Of a stretch of 27,414 nucleotides of DNA, positions 25,554 to 27,414 are shown piece by piece. The DNA is from Dehalococcoidia bacterium (GTDB taxonomy: Bacteria > Chloroflexota > Dehalococcoidia > DSTF01 > RBG-16-68-14). How positions within the stretch are numbered: position 1 is the first letter of the stretch; the number at the start of each line of letters is the position of its first letter. Location of the stretch: the NCBI GenBank assembly GCA_040877745.1, contig JBBDNH010000131.1:1-27414 (forward strand), given 5' to 3'. A model generated the notes under the pieces. That model saw only the letters and a list, made by a program, of their open reading frames with translations, was not told where the DNA came from and searched no databases. Made by a program: the position numbers and the translations under genes.

Positions 25554-25671
25554 GCTCTACACTTTGCCACCATAGTGTCACACTTGAGAGTCGAGTTACA
25601 GTCTGCTCCGGGCTCGGGAACATCCGCCATAGCGTTGGTTGCGCTAGGCGAGTTATACTTTCGTTTCGGGG

Positions 25672-27123
25672 GTGGCAACGTTGACCACAGCATCGGGTCG
25701 CAGCCGAGCGCGTCTCGTGGCGGCGGCTCTGTTGAGCGTGGCGGCGGCGCTGCTGTTCGTCCTGCCCGCCGGCGGCCAGCCAACGGAGCAGGCTAAGCTC
25801 ACCGCCAGCGACGGCGCGACATTCGACGAGTTCGGGTACTCCGTATCGCTGAGCGGCGACACGGCCCTGGTGGGGGTCGTCTGGGACAACGACAACGGCA
25901 CCAATTCGGGCTCGGCCTACGTCTTCCAGCGCAGTGGCGGCGTCTGGACCGAGCAGGCCAAGCTCACCGCCAGCGACGGCGCGGCGTTCGACTTCTTTGG
26001 ATCGTTCGTATCGCTGAGCGGCGACACCGCCCTGGTGGGGGCCCCCCTGGACGACGACAATGGCGGCGATTCAGGCTCGGCCTACATCTTCCAGCGCAGC
26101 GGCGGAGTCTGGACCGAGCAGGCCAAGCTCACCGCCAGCGACGGCACGGCATTCGACGTTTTCGGAGTGTCCGTATCGCTGAGCGGCGACACCGCCCTGG
26201 TGGGAACCGAAGACGACGACAATGGCGACGATTCGGGCTCGGCCTACGTCTTCCAGCACAGCAGCGGCGTCTGGACCGAGCAGGCCAAGCTCACCGCCAG
26301 CGACTTCGCCGCACGCGACCTCTTCGGCGCGTCCGTATCCGTGAGCGGCGACACCGCCCTTGTCGGGGCGCTTGGTGACGACGACAACGGCAGCGGTTCG
26401 GGTTCCGCTTACGTCTTCCAAGACAGCGGCGGCGTCTGGAGCGAGCAGGCCAAGCTCACCGCCAGCGACGGCGCGGCATTCGACACCTTCGGATTTTCGG
26501 TCTCGCTGAGCGGCGACACCGCCCTGGTGAGTGCTCTCCTAGACGACGACAACGGCGCCGATTCGGGCTCGGCCTACGTCTTCCAGCGCAGCGGCGGCGT
26601 CTGGAGCGAGCAGGCCAAGGTCACCGCCAGCGACGGCGCCGCAGGCGACGAGTTCGGATATGAGGTATCGCTGAGCGGTAACACCGCCCTAGTCGGGGCT
26701 GCTGAGGACGACGACAACGGCGACGATTCGGGCTCGGCCTACGTCTTCCTGCGCAGCGGCGGCGTCTGGAGCGAGCAGGCCAAGCTCACCGCCAGCGACG
26801 GCGCCGCAGGCGACGAGTTCGGATATGCGGTATCGGTGAGTGGCGACACGGCCCTGGTCGGGGCATATCTAGACGACGACAACGGCGCCGACTCGGGCTC
26901 GGCCTACGTGTACGCGTCGCTTGCGCCTGCGCCTACAGTCACTCCGACGCCGCCGCCAGTCGGTGGCATCGCGGAGCTTGCCGAGGTGGCAGGCCAGCCA
27001 CTGGAGACCGGAGCCTCGCGGGGCCGCGGCGCGGTCGTGGTGGCTGGCATCGCAGCCGCGGTAGCCGCAGCCGGAGCCGGGCTGGGTGGCACGATCTGGT
27101 ACGCAAGAAGGCGCCAAGGCTAG
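25672..27123 (+). CDS. Secreted, membrane-anchored FG-GAP repeat (integrin-like beta-propeller) protein
   Basis: N-terminal signal-like segment; seven EQAKLTASDG...FGxSVSLSGDTALVG...DDDNG.DSGSAYVF repeats; Pro/Thr linker; C-terminal TM and RRR. Confidence 0.9.
   Translation: MATLTTASGRSRARLVAAALLSVAAALLFVLPAGGQPTEQAKLTASDGATFDEFGYSVSLSGDTALVGVVWDNDNGTNSGSAYVFQRSGGVWTEQAKLTASDGAAFDFFGSFVSLSGDTALVGAPLDDDNGGDSGSAYIFQRSGGVWTEQAKLTASDGTAFDVFGVSVSLSGDTALVGTEDDDNGDDSGSAYVFQHSSGVWTEQAKLTASDFAARDLFGASVSVSGDTALVGALGDDDNGSGSGSAYVFQDSGGVWSEQAKLTASDGAAFDTFGFSVSLSGDTALVSALLDDDNGADSGSAYVFQRSGGVWSEQAKVTASDGAAGDEFGYEVSLSGNTALVGAAEDDDNGDDSGSAYVFLRSGGVWSEQAKLTASDGAAGDEFGYAVSVSGDTALVGAYLDDDNGADSGSAYVYASLAPAPTVTPTPPPVGGIAELAEVAGQPLETGASRGRGAVVVAGIAAAVAAAGAGLGGTIWYARRRQG
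25786..26913 (+). repeat. Intragenic tandem repeat, seven units of 165 bp (one 162 bp; last unit partial)
   Basis: Unit starts at 25786, 25951, 26116, 26278, 26443, 26608, 26773. Confidence 0.95.
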
Positions 27124-27414
27124 GCGCCCTGGCACTCCTCACGCTCGTACCCGCTCACGAAGCGGGCCGCGTTTCCACCGCGCTCTCGCATACGGCTACT
27201 CTGGCTAGGCGTGGTGTCCGTATCCGTTATAGCCGGCGCCTTTGGCTACGCCATCTCTAGCGCTCGGTCCGAAGCGACTGGATTGCTCGTCGAAGGCTTC
27301 GTCGCCGACGCCCTCCTTCCTCGTCCCAGGCAAGGACACTGTCCGAGCGGCTCATGCTACGCGTGGTTCGCAGGGTTCGGCCGGCGATCCGTGCGGTATT
27401 GGAATGAGCGCGGC
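27124..27414 (+). other. Open reading frame running off the window end, with a hydrophobic segment; start uncertain
   Basis: No stop from 27124 to the end, in the same frame as the FG-GAP gene; encodes RLLWLGVVSVSVIAGAFGYAI; no ATG near the beginning, candidate GTG at 27211. Confidence 0.25.

Noticed and set aside
25574-25584. Palindrome AGTGT-C-ACACT sharing GTCACACT with the 37-bp repeat loop, as a shared operator
   Set aside because: An 8-mer match is expected about once by chance in a 27-kb window on two strands, and the flanks do not match
25786-26913. Diversity-generating retroelement variable/template repeat pair
   Set aside because: Repeats are in-frame protein repeats, differences are not restricted to adenines, and no reverse transcriptase is present

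Overview
High-GC bacterial chromosomal window, most likely Chloroflexota/Dehalococcoidia-like (inferred from the tmRNA tag (A)GEREFALAA and a VGGIAE-TM-basic C-terminal motif). The core-like part carries the end of a pstCAB-phoU operon, uppP, a histidine phosphatase, an eRF1-like baeRF protein plus an M28 peptidase, a cytochrome P450 with its ferredoxin, a GS-family ligase, a carboxylesterase, tRNA-Gly(TCC), two Gfo/Idh/MocA oxidoreductases and tmRNA. Accessory-looking DNA sits around tRNA-Gly: a TPR/TM protein, a REP-like palindrome, a HAD phosphatase, a solitary attC-like site and a cupin. More sits downstream of tmRNA: a 91-92 bp tandem amplification of the tmRNA 3' end, an acidic hypothetical protein, NAD-dependent FDH, two small unknown genes, a STAND-ATPase/TPR/LuxR regulator and a 7-repeat FG-GAP surface protein. 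The most unusual unexplained signal is a pair of homologous structured elements (about 19359-19426 and 21514-21643). They share a 37-bp near-identical core, have different-sequence hairpins at equivalent positions and G-U pairs favouring the minus strand, bracket the FDH module, and in one copy overlap an intrinsic terminator upstream of fdh. No integrase, transposase, cas gene or reverse transcriptase is visible in the window. All family calls come from motif recognition; no searches were run.
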